A stretch of 64,000 nt of DNA from Vicinamibacterales bacterium (GTDB lineage: Bacteria > Acidobacteriota > Vicinamibacteria > Vicinamibacterales > UBA2999): NCBI GenBank assembly GCA_965249205.1, contig CBDFLL010000006.1, positions 822,267 to 886,266 on the forward strand, given 5' to 3'. Of the stretch, positions 1-9,104 are shown piece after piece. The notes beneath the pieces are model-generated. The model ran no database searches, was not told the DNA's origin, and was given only the letters and a program-made list of their open reading frames with translations. The position numbers and the translations under genes were made by a program. How positions within the stretch are numbered: the stretch's first letter is position 1; every line of letters begins with the position of its first letter.

Positions 1-74
1 CTGCGGTCTCTAGTTTCTACGTCGCGGTCACCGCAGACCGCAGCCAGACGACCAGCGCCCTGTTAATTACCACT

Positions 75-2042
75 CTATTCTACGCCGGGTGGGGCCTGCT
101 CGGCGGACACGCTGGTGCCCAGCGACCGGGTCCGGACCTCTTCTCGTGTGGTCTCGGCGAATTCCTGAACCGGCCTGGCCCCGAGGTCGCCCAGCGATCG
201 GCTGCGGACCGACACGGTGCCGTCGGCCGCTTCCCGGTCTCCGATCACGAGCATATAGGGGACCTTCTGCAGTTGAGCCTCTCGGATTTTATAGCCAATT
301 TTCTCCTGGCGCTGGTCCAGTTCGACCCTGAGCCCCGCTGCGTCCAGTTGGTCGCGCACCGCGCCAGCATATGCCGCGTGACGGTCGGCGATTGGCAACA
401 CGACCGCCTGCACCGGCGCCAGCCAGAGAGGCCACGCACCAGCGAAGTGCTCGATCAGGAGCGCGATAAACCGCTCGAAGCTCCCGAAGATCGCGCGATG
501 AATGATCACGGGGCGGTGCTCGGCGTTGTCCGGCCCGACGTAGGTCAGGTCGAATCGCTCCGCCTGCATATAGTCGAGCTGGATGGTCGCGCACTGCCAC
601 TGGCGCCCGATCGCGTCAGTCACGTCGAAGTCGATCTTGGGACCATAGAACGCACCGTCGCCCTCGTTAATCGTGTAGCGCGCGCCCGCCGCATCCAGAG
701 CCCGCTTCAGATCAGCCTCCGCTCTGTCCCACGTCTCGACGGTTCCGAGAAACTCCGGAGGGCGGGTCGAGAGCTTCATCTCCGGCGTCATGCCGAAGTC
801 GCCATAGACCCGCGTGACCAGCCGAAGCAGGCGTTCGACCTCCTCGGCGATCTGCGACTCCATGACAAAGCAATGGGCATCGTCCTGGCTGAACTGGCGC
901 ACTCGCGTCAGGCCCGACAGGACGCCGGACGCCTCGTTGCGATGGAGCGGCGTCTGCTCGTGGAGACGCAACGGGAGCTCGCGATAACTTCTGACCTCGC
1001 TGGCGTACATCAGAAAATGCCCGGGACAGTTCATGGCCTTCAGTCCGAGTTGCTCGCCTTCGCTGTCGACCAGGAACATGTTCTCGCGGTAGTGCTGCCA
1101 GTGCCCGGAGGTTTCCCAGAGCGCCTTGTTGAACACGATGGGGGCCTTGACCTCTTCGTAGCCTGCCGGGGCCAGCACCTCGCGCATGTAGTCGGTCAGC
1201 GTGTTGTACAGCGTCGTGCCCTTCGCGAGCCAGAACGTGGCGCCAGGTGCCCAGGCGTGAAACATGAACAGCTTCTGATCGCGACCGATCTTGCGGTGGT
1301 CGCGCTTCTTCGCCTCCTCCAGGCGGTGGAGGTGCGCCTGCAGCTCCTTCTCGGCAACGAAGGCCGTGCCGTAGATTCGCTGCATCGGCTGGTTGCGCGC
1401 GTCGCCCTTCCAGTAGGCGTTGGAAGTGCTCAGCAGCTTGAACGCCTTGAGCTTGCCCGTCGAGGGCACGTGCGGCCCCGTACAGAAATCGACGAACGTG
1501 TCTCGATCCTTGATGGTGTAACAGGACACTTCGTCCTGACCTTCTGTCTTCTCGTCGATCAGCTGCACTTTGAGCGGCTCGCCGCGATTCCCGAAAAACT
1601 GCTTCGCCTCCTCGCGCGGCCAGATCTGTCGTTCGTACGGGAGATTTTGCTGAGCGAGTTCGCGCATCTTTTTTTCAATCGCGTCAAGATCCTCTGGCAC
1701 AAACGGACGGGGCACGATGAAGTCGTAGTAGAAGCCGTCCTCAATGGCGGGTCCGATGCCGCACTGCACGTCCGGAAACAGATTCGTGACCGCGGCTGCC
1801 ATCAGGTGTGCGGTGCTGTGTCGGTACAGGCCGAGCGCTTCCGGACTGTCGGGCGTCACCACCCGGACGCTCGCGTCATGTTCGAGCGGAAACGACAGAT
1901 CGACGAGGCGATCGTCCACCACTCCTGCCACGGCCGCCTTGGCGAGTCGTGGCGAGATCGCGGCGGCGACGTCATGCACCGACGTGCCTGGCGGCACGGC
2001 ACGGTTCGATCCGTCCGGAAGCGTAATGGAGACGTCACTCAT
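75..2042 (-). CDS. thrS: threonine--tRNA ligase
   Basis: 655-aa ORF with N-terminal TGS-like region, editing-domain HxxxH (HSTAHLMAAAV) and class II core motifs (FSQDDAHCF, GPKIDF); long uninterrupted frame with G/C-ending codons. Confidence 0.95.
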   Translation of the reverse strand: MSDVSITLPDGSNRAVPPGTSVHDVAAAISPRLAKAAVAGVVDDRLVDLSFPLEHDASVRVVTPDSPEALGLYRHSTAHLMAAAVTNLFPDVQCGIGPAIEDGFYYDFIVPRPFVPEDLDAIEKKMRELAQQNLPYERQIWPREEAKQFFGNRGEPLKVQLIDEKTEGQDEVSCYTIKDRDTFVDFCTGPHVPSTGKLKAFKLLSTSNAYWKGDARNQPMQRIYGTAFVAEKELQAHLHRLEEAKKRDHRKIGRDQKLFMFHAWAPGATFWLAKGTTLYNTLTDYMREVLAPAGYEEVKAPIVFNKALWETSGHWQHYRENMFLVDSEGEQLGLKAMNCPGHFLMYASEVRSYRELPLRLHEQTPLHRNEASGVLSGLTRVRQFSQDDAHCFVMESQIAEEVERLLRLVTRVYGDFGMTPEMKLSTRPPEFLGTVETWDRAEADLKRALDAAGARYTINEGDGAFYGPKIDFDVTDAIGRQWQCATIQLDYMQAERFDLTYVGPDNAEHRPVIIHRAIFGSFERFIALLIEHFAGAWPLWLAPVQAVVLPIADRHAAYAGAVRDQLDAAGLRVELDQRQEKIGYKIREAQLQKVPYMLVIGDREAADGTVSVRSRSLGDLGARPVQEFAETTREEVRTRSLGTSVSAEQAPPGVE

Positions 2043-2111
2043 GAGAATGCCGGGATGTTGGGCCGAGGTCTACGAACTCGCGACAGAGATCGAGAGCTGA
2101 GATACGAAAAA

Positions 2112-2188
2112 TGGTAGGCGCGGGTGGACTCGAACCACTGACCTCCTCCGTGTCAGGGAGGCGCTCTAACCAACTGAGCTACGCGCCT
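2112..2188 (-). tRNA. tRNA-Val (anticodon GAC), CCA encoded
   Basis: Reverse complement reads AGGCGCG-TA-GCTC-AGTTGGTTA-GAGC-G-CCTCC-CTGACAC-GGAGG-AGGTC-AGTGG-TTCGAGT-CCACC-CGCGCCT-A-CCA. The cloverleaf folds by eye, with one A.C mismatch at the base of the T stem. Confidence 0.8.
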
Positions 2189-2273
2189 ATCTGTTGCAAA
2201 ATCAGACGCTAACGACCCCCCAGTATAACAAACTCGGGAGGGCCACCAGGAGGCGCCAGGCTCGCGAAAGGAG

Positions 2274-2297
2274 GAAGGCGCACGGCGGTGCGCCTTC
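2274..2297 (-). terminator. hairpin downstream of hup (candidate intrinsic terminator)
   Basis: Perfect 10-bp inverted repeat gaaggcgcac / gtgcgccttc with 4-nt loop, 16 nt after the hup stop, followed on the minus strand by a partly T-rich tract (ctcctttcg). Confidence 0.5.
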
Positions 2298-2312
2298 GAA
2301 TGTGGGTGTGCG

Positions 2313-2585
2313 TTAGCGGACGGTCTGCTTCAGCGCCTTGCCTGCCGTAAACTTCACGACCCGCCGCTTTGAAATCTTGATCGGTGCACCGGTCTGTGGG
2401 TTGCGCGCGGTCCGTGCTTTCCGTTGCGATGTTTTGAAGGTGCCGAAGCCCACGAACGTCACCGGGTCACCCTTCTTCAGCGACTTCGTGATGCCCTCGA
2501 GCAACGAGGCGACAGCGGCGGCCGCTCCAGCTTTCGAGGTGCCGGTGTCTTTGGCAATCTTTGCAATCAACTCTTGCTTGTTCAT
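2313..2585 (-). CDS. hup: HU family DNA-binding protein
   Basis: 90 aa, MNKQELI...GFGTFKTSQRKARTARNPQTGAPIKI..., typical HU/IHF beta-arm sequence. Confidence 0.9.
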   Translation of the reverse strand: MNKQELIAKIAKDTGTSKAGAAAAVASLLEGITKSLKKGDPVTFVGFGTFKTSQRKARTARNPQTGAPIKISKRRVVKFTAGKALKQTVR

Positions 2586-2695
2586 GGACTCTCCTTGAGA
2601 TGCACCAAGCGACCGACCGGAGCCGAGCGCGCAATACGATGGTCGCGTGCGGTTATACGCCGCGGGTAGTGAGGTGTCAAGAGGACACGACCGAT

Positions 2696-3862
2696 TCAGG
2701 CGGCGCGGCGGGCGGCGAGATGCTCGAGCGCGCGCTGCAGCGTTTCGTCTGGCGCTGGAGCGTCATCGCCGAACTCGACTTCCGGCTGCTCGACATTGAC
2801 GTCAGGCGTGAGTCCCGTTTCATGAATGGGATCGCCAGTGGGCGTGAGGTAACGGAGATAGGTGAGCCACAGCCCGCTCTGGTCCGGCAGCTTGACGAGA
2901 CGCTGACGAGAGGCGCGCCCGAGTGTGTTTGTGCCGATCAGCTCGGCGCGATCGTTGCCATCGAGCGCGGCGGCGAACACTTCCGCCGCGCCCGCTGTGC
3001 CGCTGTCGACCAGGAGCGCCAATGGCGCGGTGATCGCGCCGTCGGACGGTTCGCCGACGATCGGCTCACGGGCATCCTCGCGGCCGAGACGGATCGCGAG
3101 CGTGGCACCCTTCACAAACAGGCGCGCGGCGGCGACGCCGTCGTCCAGATCTCCCATCGACGTGCCGCGCAGGTCGATGATGTACCCTGCCGCGCCGCGC
3201 CCGGCCATTACGCTGATCGTCTGCTCAAGTCGGGATGCGGAATCGGCGGAAAACTGCACGACCCGGATGTACCCGGTCGTGGTATCAGCCATTCGGGACG
3301 TGAGGTCATCTCCCGTCGTCGCCTTTCGCACGAGATCCACGACATGGGGATCGGCAGCATTGCCGCGGATGATCAGCAGTGACACGGTCGTTCCAGCCGC
3401 CCCGCGGAGCAGGCGCTCGCCTTCATACGCCGACATGTCGCGAGTGGGCCGGTTGTTGATGGCGCGAATAAAGTCGCCGGCGCGAATGCCGGCCCTGGCG
3501 GCGGGTGAGTCGTCGCGGGCGGACACGACACGTAGGTAGTACTGCCGCGTCAGATCGACTCCGATCCCCGCAGGACCACCGGGATCGTTGGCCTCGCGAC
3601 TGCTCACCAGTTCGGGCGTCAGATACGCGCTCTCAGGGTCGAGCCCATCTGCCAGCCCCTTCATCGCGCCCTTCATGGCCTCGCTGACGTCGACCGGTTC
3701 CACGTAGTTGCTAAGAACCAGCGAGACGACATCTTCGAATATTTGCAGACCCTGGTAGGTGCCGTCCTTCGCCAGCGCCCGGCTGAGGTAGCCGCCGATG
3801 AACGCGAACGCAATGATGGGCGTCGAAATCGCCAGGACAATCGTGCGGCTGCGAGATGTCAT
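2696..3862 (-). CDS. S41 (C-terminal processing peptidase) family homolog, apparently lacking the catalytic Ser/Lys dyad
   Basis: N-terminal membrane anchor, PDZ-like region (GIGVDL...AGIRAGDFIRAINN), S41 core (LLVDSGTAGAAEVFAAAL...IGTNTLGRAS...RYLTPTG); see findings. Confidence 0.8.
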   Translation of the reverse strand: MTSRSRTIVLAISTPIIAFAFIGGYLSRALAKDGTYQGLQIFEDVVSLVLSNYVEPVDVSEAMKGAMKGLADGLDPESAYLTPELVSSREANDPGGPAGIGVDLTRQYYLRVVSARDDSPAARAGIRAGDFIRAINNRPTRDMSAYEGERLLRGAAGTTVSLLIIRGNAADPHVVDLVRKATTGDDLTSRMADTTTGYIRVVQFSADSASRLEQTISVMAGRGAAGYIIDLRGTSMGDLDDGVAAARLFVKGATLAIRLGREDAREPIVGEPSDGAITAPLALLVDSGTAGAAEVFAAALDGNDRAELIGTNTLGRASRQRLVKLPDQSGLWLTYLRYLTPTGDPIHETGLTPDVNVEQPEVEFGDDAPAPDETLQRALEHLAARRAA

Positions 3863-3945
3863 GCGTCGTGCCTTTTGAACCAGTTAGTTCCTGACGTGTG
3901 GCCATCGGCGCGTCCCGCCCAGAGGCCAGCCGCCGACGCTGGGTA

Positions 3946-5085
3946 TCAGCGCGGCTTCAGCCATTCTACGGGATCGACTGAACGGCCGTCGACACGGATT
4001 TCCAGGTAGAGGACAGCCGGGCCGGCAGGCGCCGCACCTACGCGTGCGATCTCTCTCCCGCTCTCGACCGCGTCACCTCGACTGACCGAGACCGCCTCGA
4101 GGTAGCCGTACAGCGTATAGGCGTCGGCACCGTGGTCGATGATGACCAGGTTACCGAAGCCGGTGAAGGTATCGGCAAACGAGACGGTCCCTGGATGGAT
4201 CGCGCGGACCGGGGTGCCCTCGAGGGCTGCGATTTCGACTCCGTTGCTGATGGCCGAATCGCCAAGGCGGGCAGAAGGCTGTCCGAAGAGCGTGGACATG
4301 CGGCCGGCGACGGGCCAGTCAAGCGCACCACGAAACGGCGCCAGCGGGACGGCAACCGACGACACGAGCCCGCCGGTCCCGAGGTTCGCCACCTGCTGTT
4401 GCAGTCGCTCGTACGCCAGTTGTAGTTCGCCGGCGAGCTGGGCGTTGAGATCGCGCCGGGCGTCGATCTGTTCCACCAGCGCGGTCCTGGCCGCGAGCGC
4501 CCGTGCGGCAGCGGCTTGCGCCTGCCGTGCGGCGGTCTCACTGGCCTGCATCACTGGTATCTCGGCGTCGAGTCGCTGGCGTTCCCGTCGCACCGCGTCG
4601 AGCGTTTCAACGTGTTCGGAGATGCGCTGCCGGTTCAGGCGCATCAGGGCCGAGACGGCCCGGGTTGCCCTGCCGAACTCTTTGCCTCCGTTGCCGCCAA
4701 GGATCAACTGGGCGTACCCGGCTCGTCCACGCTTGTAGATATCCACCAGTTGCGTCTGCAGGTCCGGGAGTTGCGCCACTCGCTGCGCTTCCAGTCGCGC
4801 GAGATCCTCGGTGGCCTGCGCGACCGCGGCTTGGCTTTCGGCCACAGCGGCCTCCGTCTGGCGCACACGCTCGACCTCGATCTGGCGGTCGATCTCAAGC
4901 TTCCGCAGGTCGCCAAGCAGGGTGCGCGCCTGGCCGACCAACTCATCGGCTTCGTTCTGCAGCGCGCGGATGCGATCGTTGACACGACGGGCCTCAGCCT
5001 CCGCGGGACTTCGGTCGGGCGCCTGGCCCGCGAGCCCCACGCTGAGCGTGACCACCATGACGACGGAGAACATGCGAGGAGTCAT
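3946..5085 (-). CDS. EnvC-like murein hydrolase activator (coiled coil plus degenerate M23/LytM domain)
   Basis: Start moved to the internal ATG at 5085 (MTPRMFSVVMVVTLSVGLAG signal-like N-terminus). Long Q/A/R/E coiled-coil region; C-terminal M23 fold (GTPVRAIHPGTVSFADTFTGFGNLVIIDHG) without HxxxD/HxH ligands. Confidence 0.75.
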   Translation of the reverse strand: MTPRMFSVVMVVTLSVGLAGQAPDRSPAEAEARRVNDRIRALQNEADELVGQARTLLGDLRKLEIDRQIEVERVRQTEAAVAESQAAVAQATEDLARLEAQRVAQLPDLQTQLVDIYKRGRAGYAQLILGGNGGKEFGRATRAVSALMRLNRQRISEHVETLDAVRRERQRLDAEIPVMQASETAARQAQAAAARALAARTALVEQIDARRDLNAQLAGELQLAYERLQQQVANLGTGGLVSSVAVPLAPFRGALDWPVAGRMSTLFGQPSARLGDSAISNGVEIAALEGTPVRAIHPGTVSFADTFTGFGNLVIIDHGADAYTLYGYLEAVSVSRGDAVESGREIARVGAAPAGPAVLYLEIRVDGRSVDPVEWLKPR

Positions 5086-5112
5086 GTTGGAGAAGGATGA
5101 GAGAATTATACC

Positions 5113-5589
5113 GTGCGTATCGTTGGCTTCGATGTAGGAGACCGGCGGATTGGCGTGGCGATCAGCGACGCGAGTGGCACGCTTGCGCGGCCCGTAGGCC
5201 GGCTGTGCCCTGCGGATCTGCTGGGCGACGCGCCTCGGCTCGCAGCGGCCGAGATCAAACGTCTGGCGTCGGCGGAGGACGCGGAGGCGGACGGTGTGTC
5301 CGCCATCGTGGTCGGTCTGCCGCGGCATCTCGATGGGTCGCCGAATCGCATGACGGCCCGCGTCACCACCTTTGCGGCAGAACTGGGACGCTTGACGGGG
5401 CTCCCAGTCACCCTACAGGATGAACGGCTCACGAGCCATGAAGCGGAGAGCCGACTTGCGACCACAGAGAAAGACTGGCGTGCGCGAAAGAAACGGCTGG
5501 ATGAGGTCGCCGCGTCCATCATCCTGCAGGACTACCTTGACGTTCGCCCCCGACGCCCCGTCCCGGCCGTCACCGATCCCGGGATGTAA
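5113..5589 (+). CDS. ruvX: Holliday junction resolvase-like RuvX/YqgF
   Basis: GTG start; (M)RIVGFDVGDRRIGVAISD... and ...DERLTSHEAE...AASIILQDYL match the YqgF family pattern; stop overlaps the mltG ATG (TAATG). Confidence 0.85.
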   Translation: MRIVGFDVGDRRIGVAISDASGTLARPVGRLCPADLLGDAPRLAAAEIKRLASAEDAEADGVSAIVVGLPRHLDGSPNRMTARVTTFAAELGRLTGLPVTLQDERLTSHEAESRLATTEKDWRARKKRLDEVAASIILQDYLDVRPRRPVPAVTDPGM

Positions 5590-6614
5590 TGCGTAAGTTT
5601 GCGATTGCTGCGGGTTTGGTATTGCTCGTCCTGGCCGCCGGGGCCACCCTCGCCGGCGTTGCCGTGCGTGATCGCGTGTACGACCCGTATCGGGGATTCG
5701 CGGGTTCCGAACAATTCGTCGTGATCGCGCTCGGCACGGGGACGGGGGCCATTCGGCGCAGCCTCGTGGAGTCCGGCATTGTTCGCGACGAATTGACATT
5801 CCGGGCCGCTCTCTGGTGGACGGGCCGCGCGCTCGATTTGCAGGCTGGCGAGTACCGCTTCGACCGACCGCTCGGTGCCGTCGACGTCGTCGAACGCATC
5901 GCGAGCGGTGACGTCTTCACCCGTCCGATCACGTTTCCGGAGGGGCTGACGATCGAGGAGATGGCTGAGATTTTCGAGTCGCGAGGGTTCGGCGCGGCGG
6001 CGGACTTTGAGGCAGCGGCCGCGAATCCATCTCTGGTGCGGGCCGTCGATGACGAGGCCGTGGACTTAGAGGGGTACCTCTTTCCGGAAACCTACTCGCT
6101 TCCAAGGGACACGCCCGCGTCTCGTCTGGTCGCGATGATGGTGGACCGTTTCCTCGCCACGTTTGTCGATCAGTGGCGGCGCGCCGCGGTGGAGCAGGGG
6201 CTGACCGTACGGCAAGTGGTGACCCTTGCGGCGCTCGTCGAGGAGGAGACAGGCGCCCCTGAGGAGCGGCCCGTTGTTGCGGCTGTGTATCGGAACCGAC
6301 TCCGGATCGGCATGCTTCTTCAGGCAGATCCGACCGTGGTGTATGCCATGCGCCTCGCTGGAACGTACGCCGGCAATATCCGGCGCACTGATTTGGCCAT
6401 GGACTCCCCGTACAACACCTATCGGTACGCCGGTTTGCCCCCTGGCCCGATCGCCGCGCCGGGAGCGGCGGCGTTGGCGGCGGTACTCACGCCGGCGGAC
6501 GTCAACTACCTGTACTTTGTCAGCCGCAATGACGGCACGCACGCGTTTGCCAGGACTCTTGCCGAGCACAATCGCAATGTCCGAGAGTTTCAGGTTCTGT
6601 ATTTCCGTCGGTAG
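5589..6614 (+). CDS. mltG: endolytic transglycosylase MltG (YceG-like)
   Basis: N-terminal TM segment, ...EGYLFPETY...LVEEET...VYRNRL...LQADPTV.Y...YNTY...GLPPGPIAAPG... family hallmarks. Confidence 0.9.
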   Translation: MRKFAIAAGLVLLVLAAGATLAGVAVRDRVYDPYRGFAGSEQFVVIALGTGTGAIRRSLVESGIVRDELTFRAALWWTGRALDLQAGEYRFDRPLGAVDVVERIASGDVFTRPITFPEGLTIEEMAEIFESRGFGAAADFEAAAANPSLVRAVDDEAVDLEGYLFPETYSLPRDTPASRLVAMMVDRFLATFVDQWRRAAVEQGLTVRQVVTLAALVEEETGAPEERPVVAAVYRNRLRIGMLLQADPTVVYAMRLAGTYAGNIRRTDLAMDSPYNTYRYAGLPPGPIAAPGAAALAAVLTPADVNYLYFVSRNDGTHAFARTLAEHNRNVREFQVLYFRR

Positions 6615-6670
6615 CACCACGACCTCAGTGCCCGTGCCGTCGGTACTGGCGGTATATTAGGGCTCCCGTT

Positions 6671-7150
6671 ATGGCGATGCTTCGTCTCACTCCTGTGATC
6701 CCAGGACCGAAGGTCCCCACGATCGAACTCGACGCCGGCGCGTCGATGACCGTTGGCCGAGGGCAGCAGGCGGAGGTGATCGTCGACGACTCTAGCCTGT
6801 CTCGTCTGCACGCGCGTCTGGCCGTGGATCAGGACGGGCAGATCAGCGTGGACGACTTGGGCAGTACGAACGGCGTCTTCGTCAACGGCACCGAACAGCT
6901 GAGCGCGTACCTCATGGTGGGCGAAAGCGTGCGATTCGGGCGCGTCGAATACCTCGTCGGTCACGGCGATGACAGCCAGCCTGGGGCGGACGCGCCGATC
7001 GCCTCGCAGACCATCATGCGGCGCATGACGCTGAGCGAGGCGCCGAAGGTGGATCGCCTGGTGCTCGAGGCGCTGCTTGCGACGAGTCGGGAAATGATGG
7101 CCTTCGAGGACCTGCCCGTTCTGCTCGAGCGAGTACTAGCAGGCTGCTGA
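6671..7150 (+). pseudogene. FHA domain protein, 3' part replaced by the IS5-family element end (tail ..LAGC* is IS-encoded)
   Basis: FHA signature (GRGQQAEVIVDDSSLSRLHARL...DLGSTNGVFVNG). The frame runs into the IS terminal repeat at 7136-7150 and stops there. Confidence 0.7.
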
Positions 7151-8434
7151 AGAACCCGGGTGATCGGGCCGTTTTCTAAGGATCATGCGAGTCACCACCG
7201 ACCGACAACGGTGCGCACGGCTGTGCGCTGGCCCCGATCAAGGGGCCGGCGACACGCGCGGCCGGTGATCAGGGACACCTCGCCTCCAGATTCCGCAGCC
7301 GGACCAAGTTATAGACCGTGGCGGCGAAGGTAAGCTGCCAATCCACGAGGGCGACACCGCGATGCCGGAGTTTGCGCAAGCCGCCGACGGTCTTCATCCA
7401 GCCAAAGACCTGTTCTACGAGTTTCCGTTTCCGCTGACTGACGTGATAGCCCGCATGCCGCGTGGTCCGGCCATCGATCGCACTCCAGCGGACCTTCTGA
7501 GCAACGTGGGGCGTGACGGCCCGGATACGGACAGCGGCCACAAAGCTTGCCACATCGTAGCCCTTGTCCGCCCCGACCGTGCTGCCCGGCGGCGCGCTGG
7601 CCTCCAGCAACAGCGCCGCTGCCTCGCGTTCGGCGGTCCCCGTCGCGTGAGTCGCGCAGACGTTGGCGACAAGTCCCTGTCGATTGTCCAGCAGCACGTG
7701 GCCCAGATACGCCAGCTTGGCTTCCTTCCCCTGGCCCTTCCGAGGCAGCATCGCCTCCGGATCGGTCGTCGACTGGTGCGTGTCGTTGCGCCGCCGCTCC
7801 CCGTGGAAGTTGACCGTGGGATTCCCGGGGTCATCGGGCGGGTCGCTCTCCGCCGCGTCCCGGCACCGAAAGCTCTTCAGGCTGGCCCACGCTTCCAATT
7901 GGGTCCCATCCACAGTGAAGTGTTCGTCCGAGAGCAGCCCGGCCGCCCGCGCGTGGGCCTGCACCGCATCAAAGAAGGCGGCCGCGATATCGCCCGCCAG
8001 CAGCCGGTCGCGATTCTTGGTAAACGTGGTGGGATGCCAAACCGGGTCGTCCAAATTCAAGCCCACGAACCAGCGGAACAGCAGGTTGTAATTGAGCTCT
8101 TCCATCAGCAGCCGCTCGCTCCGCACCGTGTAGAGCACCTGCAGCAACAACGCGCGCAGCAGCTGTTCCGGCGGGATCGACGGACGCCCTGTGTTGGCGT
8201 ACAGGCCGGCGAACCTGCGCGACATCGTTCTCAGCGCTTCGTCCGTCAGCGCGCGAACCGCGCGGAGCGGATGGTCGGCTGGCACGCGCTGTTCCGGCGA
8301 CAGGTAGCTGAACATGTGAGTGCTTTGCTCATCGTGTCCGCGCATGATGGGGCTCCCTTCAGCGGTGTTGGGAGCATGGTAGTACGCCGGGATCGATCTG
8401 TCGATCCCATTTCACGGAGTTTTTCAGCAGCCTG
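7139..8434 (-). mobile_element. IS5-family insertion sequence, copy 1 (1,296 bp)
   Basis: Terminal inverted repeats (G)CAGGCTGCTGAA(G/A)AAC; CTA on both flanks (7136-7138, 8435-8437); single DDE transposase gene; ends ambiguous by 1 nt. Confidence 0.9.
7269..8345 (-). CDS. IS5-family DDE transposase (N-terminal DUF772-like region plus DDE_Tnp_1-like core)
   Basis: 358 aa, MRGHDEQSTHMFSYLSPEQRVPADHPLRAV...; differs from copies 2-4 by GDIAAAF versus GDLAAAF. Confidence 0.9.
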   Translation of the reverse strand: MRGHDEQSTHMFSYLSPEQRVPADHPLRAVRALTDEALRTMSRRFAGLYANTGRPSIPPEQLLRALLLQVLYTVRSERLLMEELNYNLLFRWFVGLNLDDPVWHPTTFTKNRDRLLAGDIAAAFFDAVQAHARAAGLLSDEHFTVDGTQLEAWASLKSFRCRDAAESDPPDDPGNPTVNFHGERRRNDTHQSTTDPEAMLPRKGQGKEAKLAYLGHVLLDNRQGLVANVCATHATGTAEREAAALLLEASAPPGSTVGADKGYDVASFVAAVRIRAVTPHVAQKVRWSAIDGRTTRHAGYHVSQRKRKLVEQVFGWMKTVGGLRKLRHRGVALVDWQLTFAATVYNLVRLRNLEARCP

Positions 8435-8518
8435 CTAAGTGACGTGGCGGCACTTTACGAAATTCCGGAAACAGCGCTTAGCGATCTAATCTCCGACGTT
8501 CCGGTAGAGCCCGCGGAA

Positions 8519-8610
8519 GAGAATTCCAGGCTACGGTTTCATGAAGGACGGCGGGGATCAGATCGACGGCAGTCGTGGCGTGGAGAATTCCAGGCTACGG
8601 TTTCATGAAG
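8519..8610. repeat. 28-bp direct repeat (gagaattccaggctacggtttcatgaag) flanking a displaced 35-bp copy of 8783-8817
   Basis: Repeat units at 8519-8546 and 8583-8610. The intervening gacggcggggatcagatcgacggcagtcgtggcgt is identical to 8783-8817 inside the IS903-like transposase fragment. Confidence 0.7.
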
Positions 8611-9103
8611 AGAAAACGTCATCGACAGCCATGTCGTATCTTTGTGCAGACCCACTTCGGCGAGACACGGCGGCGGTCCGCTGCGGTGGAACGACAACCC
8701 TAGCACCGCGCGCGCCCGCCGCCTCGTAGACCGCGATCGTGTCGTAGGCGGCGTCGGCTGTGACGCTTGAGATGTCGCCATCGACGGCGGGGATCAGATC
8801 GACGGCAGTCGTGGCGTCGTCGACATGCGCATCGGTTAGGGCCTGCGCCACGATCACACCCGACCGGTCGACGCCGAGATGGAGCTTCTTCCATCCACGC
8901 TTGCCGTGTCCCCCGTGTTTCGCGGCGGCCCACGCGCCTTGGCCCACGATCGACAAGCCGGTGCTATCGACGATGAGATGGATGGGTCCCATAGCCGGGA
9001 TACGACGGAGCATCACAGCGAGCGGCTGACTCCGCCGCGAGAGCGTCGTGTGGTCCGGCGCGTCCAGATCGGCGCCCATCAAAGCCAGGACCGACCGCAG
9101 GAT
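8603..9103 (-). pseudogene. IS5-family (IS903-like) transposase fragment, truncated at both ends
   Basis: ...LMGADLDAPDHTTLSRR...HLIVDSTGLSIVGQGAWAAAKHGGHGKRGWKKLHLGVD... internal DDE-region similarity only; N-terminal part of the ORF is antisense to the resolvase scrap. Confidence 0.6.
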
Positions 9104-9104
9104 C

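Noticed and set aside
273-2117. Very long ORFs opposite well-supported genes. Examples: 273-2117 versus thrS, 19146-20936 versus the gltB-like gene, 47119-49440 versus the PQQ dehydrogenase, 61521-63437 versus the acylase, 45595-46590 versus the TonB receptor, 50059-51339 versus DUF305-LVIVD
   Set aside because: These are mirror-frame ORFs expected from GC3-rich coding on the other strand. Their translations are Arg/Pro/Gly-rich and match no family, while the opposite-strand products carry clear family motifs.
5086-5328. N-terminal 81-codon extension of the M23/EnvC-like ORF given in the ORF track
   Set aside because: The extension is basic and low-complexity, and it overlaps the divergent ruvX gene. 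The internal ATG at 5085 yields a signal-like hydrophobic N-terminus.
7362-8438. A 358-aa ORF antisense to the IS5-family transposase, exactly as long as the transposase itself (also at 36471-37547 and 56449-57525)
   Set aside because: It is Arg/Pro/Ala-rich with low complexity, the typical shadow ORF of a high-GC gene. In copy 2 a change that is synonymous for the transposase (CTG to CTA near 30005) truncates it to 240 aa, so it is not under selection.
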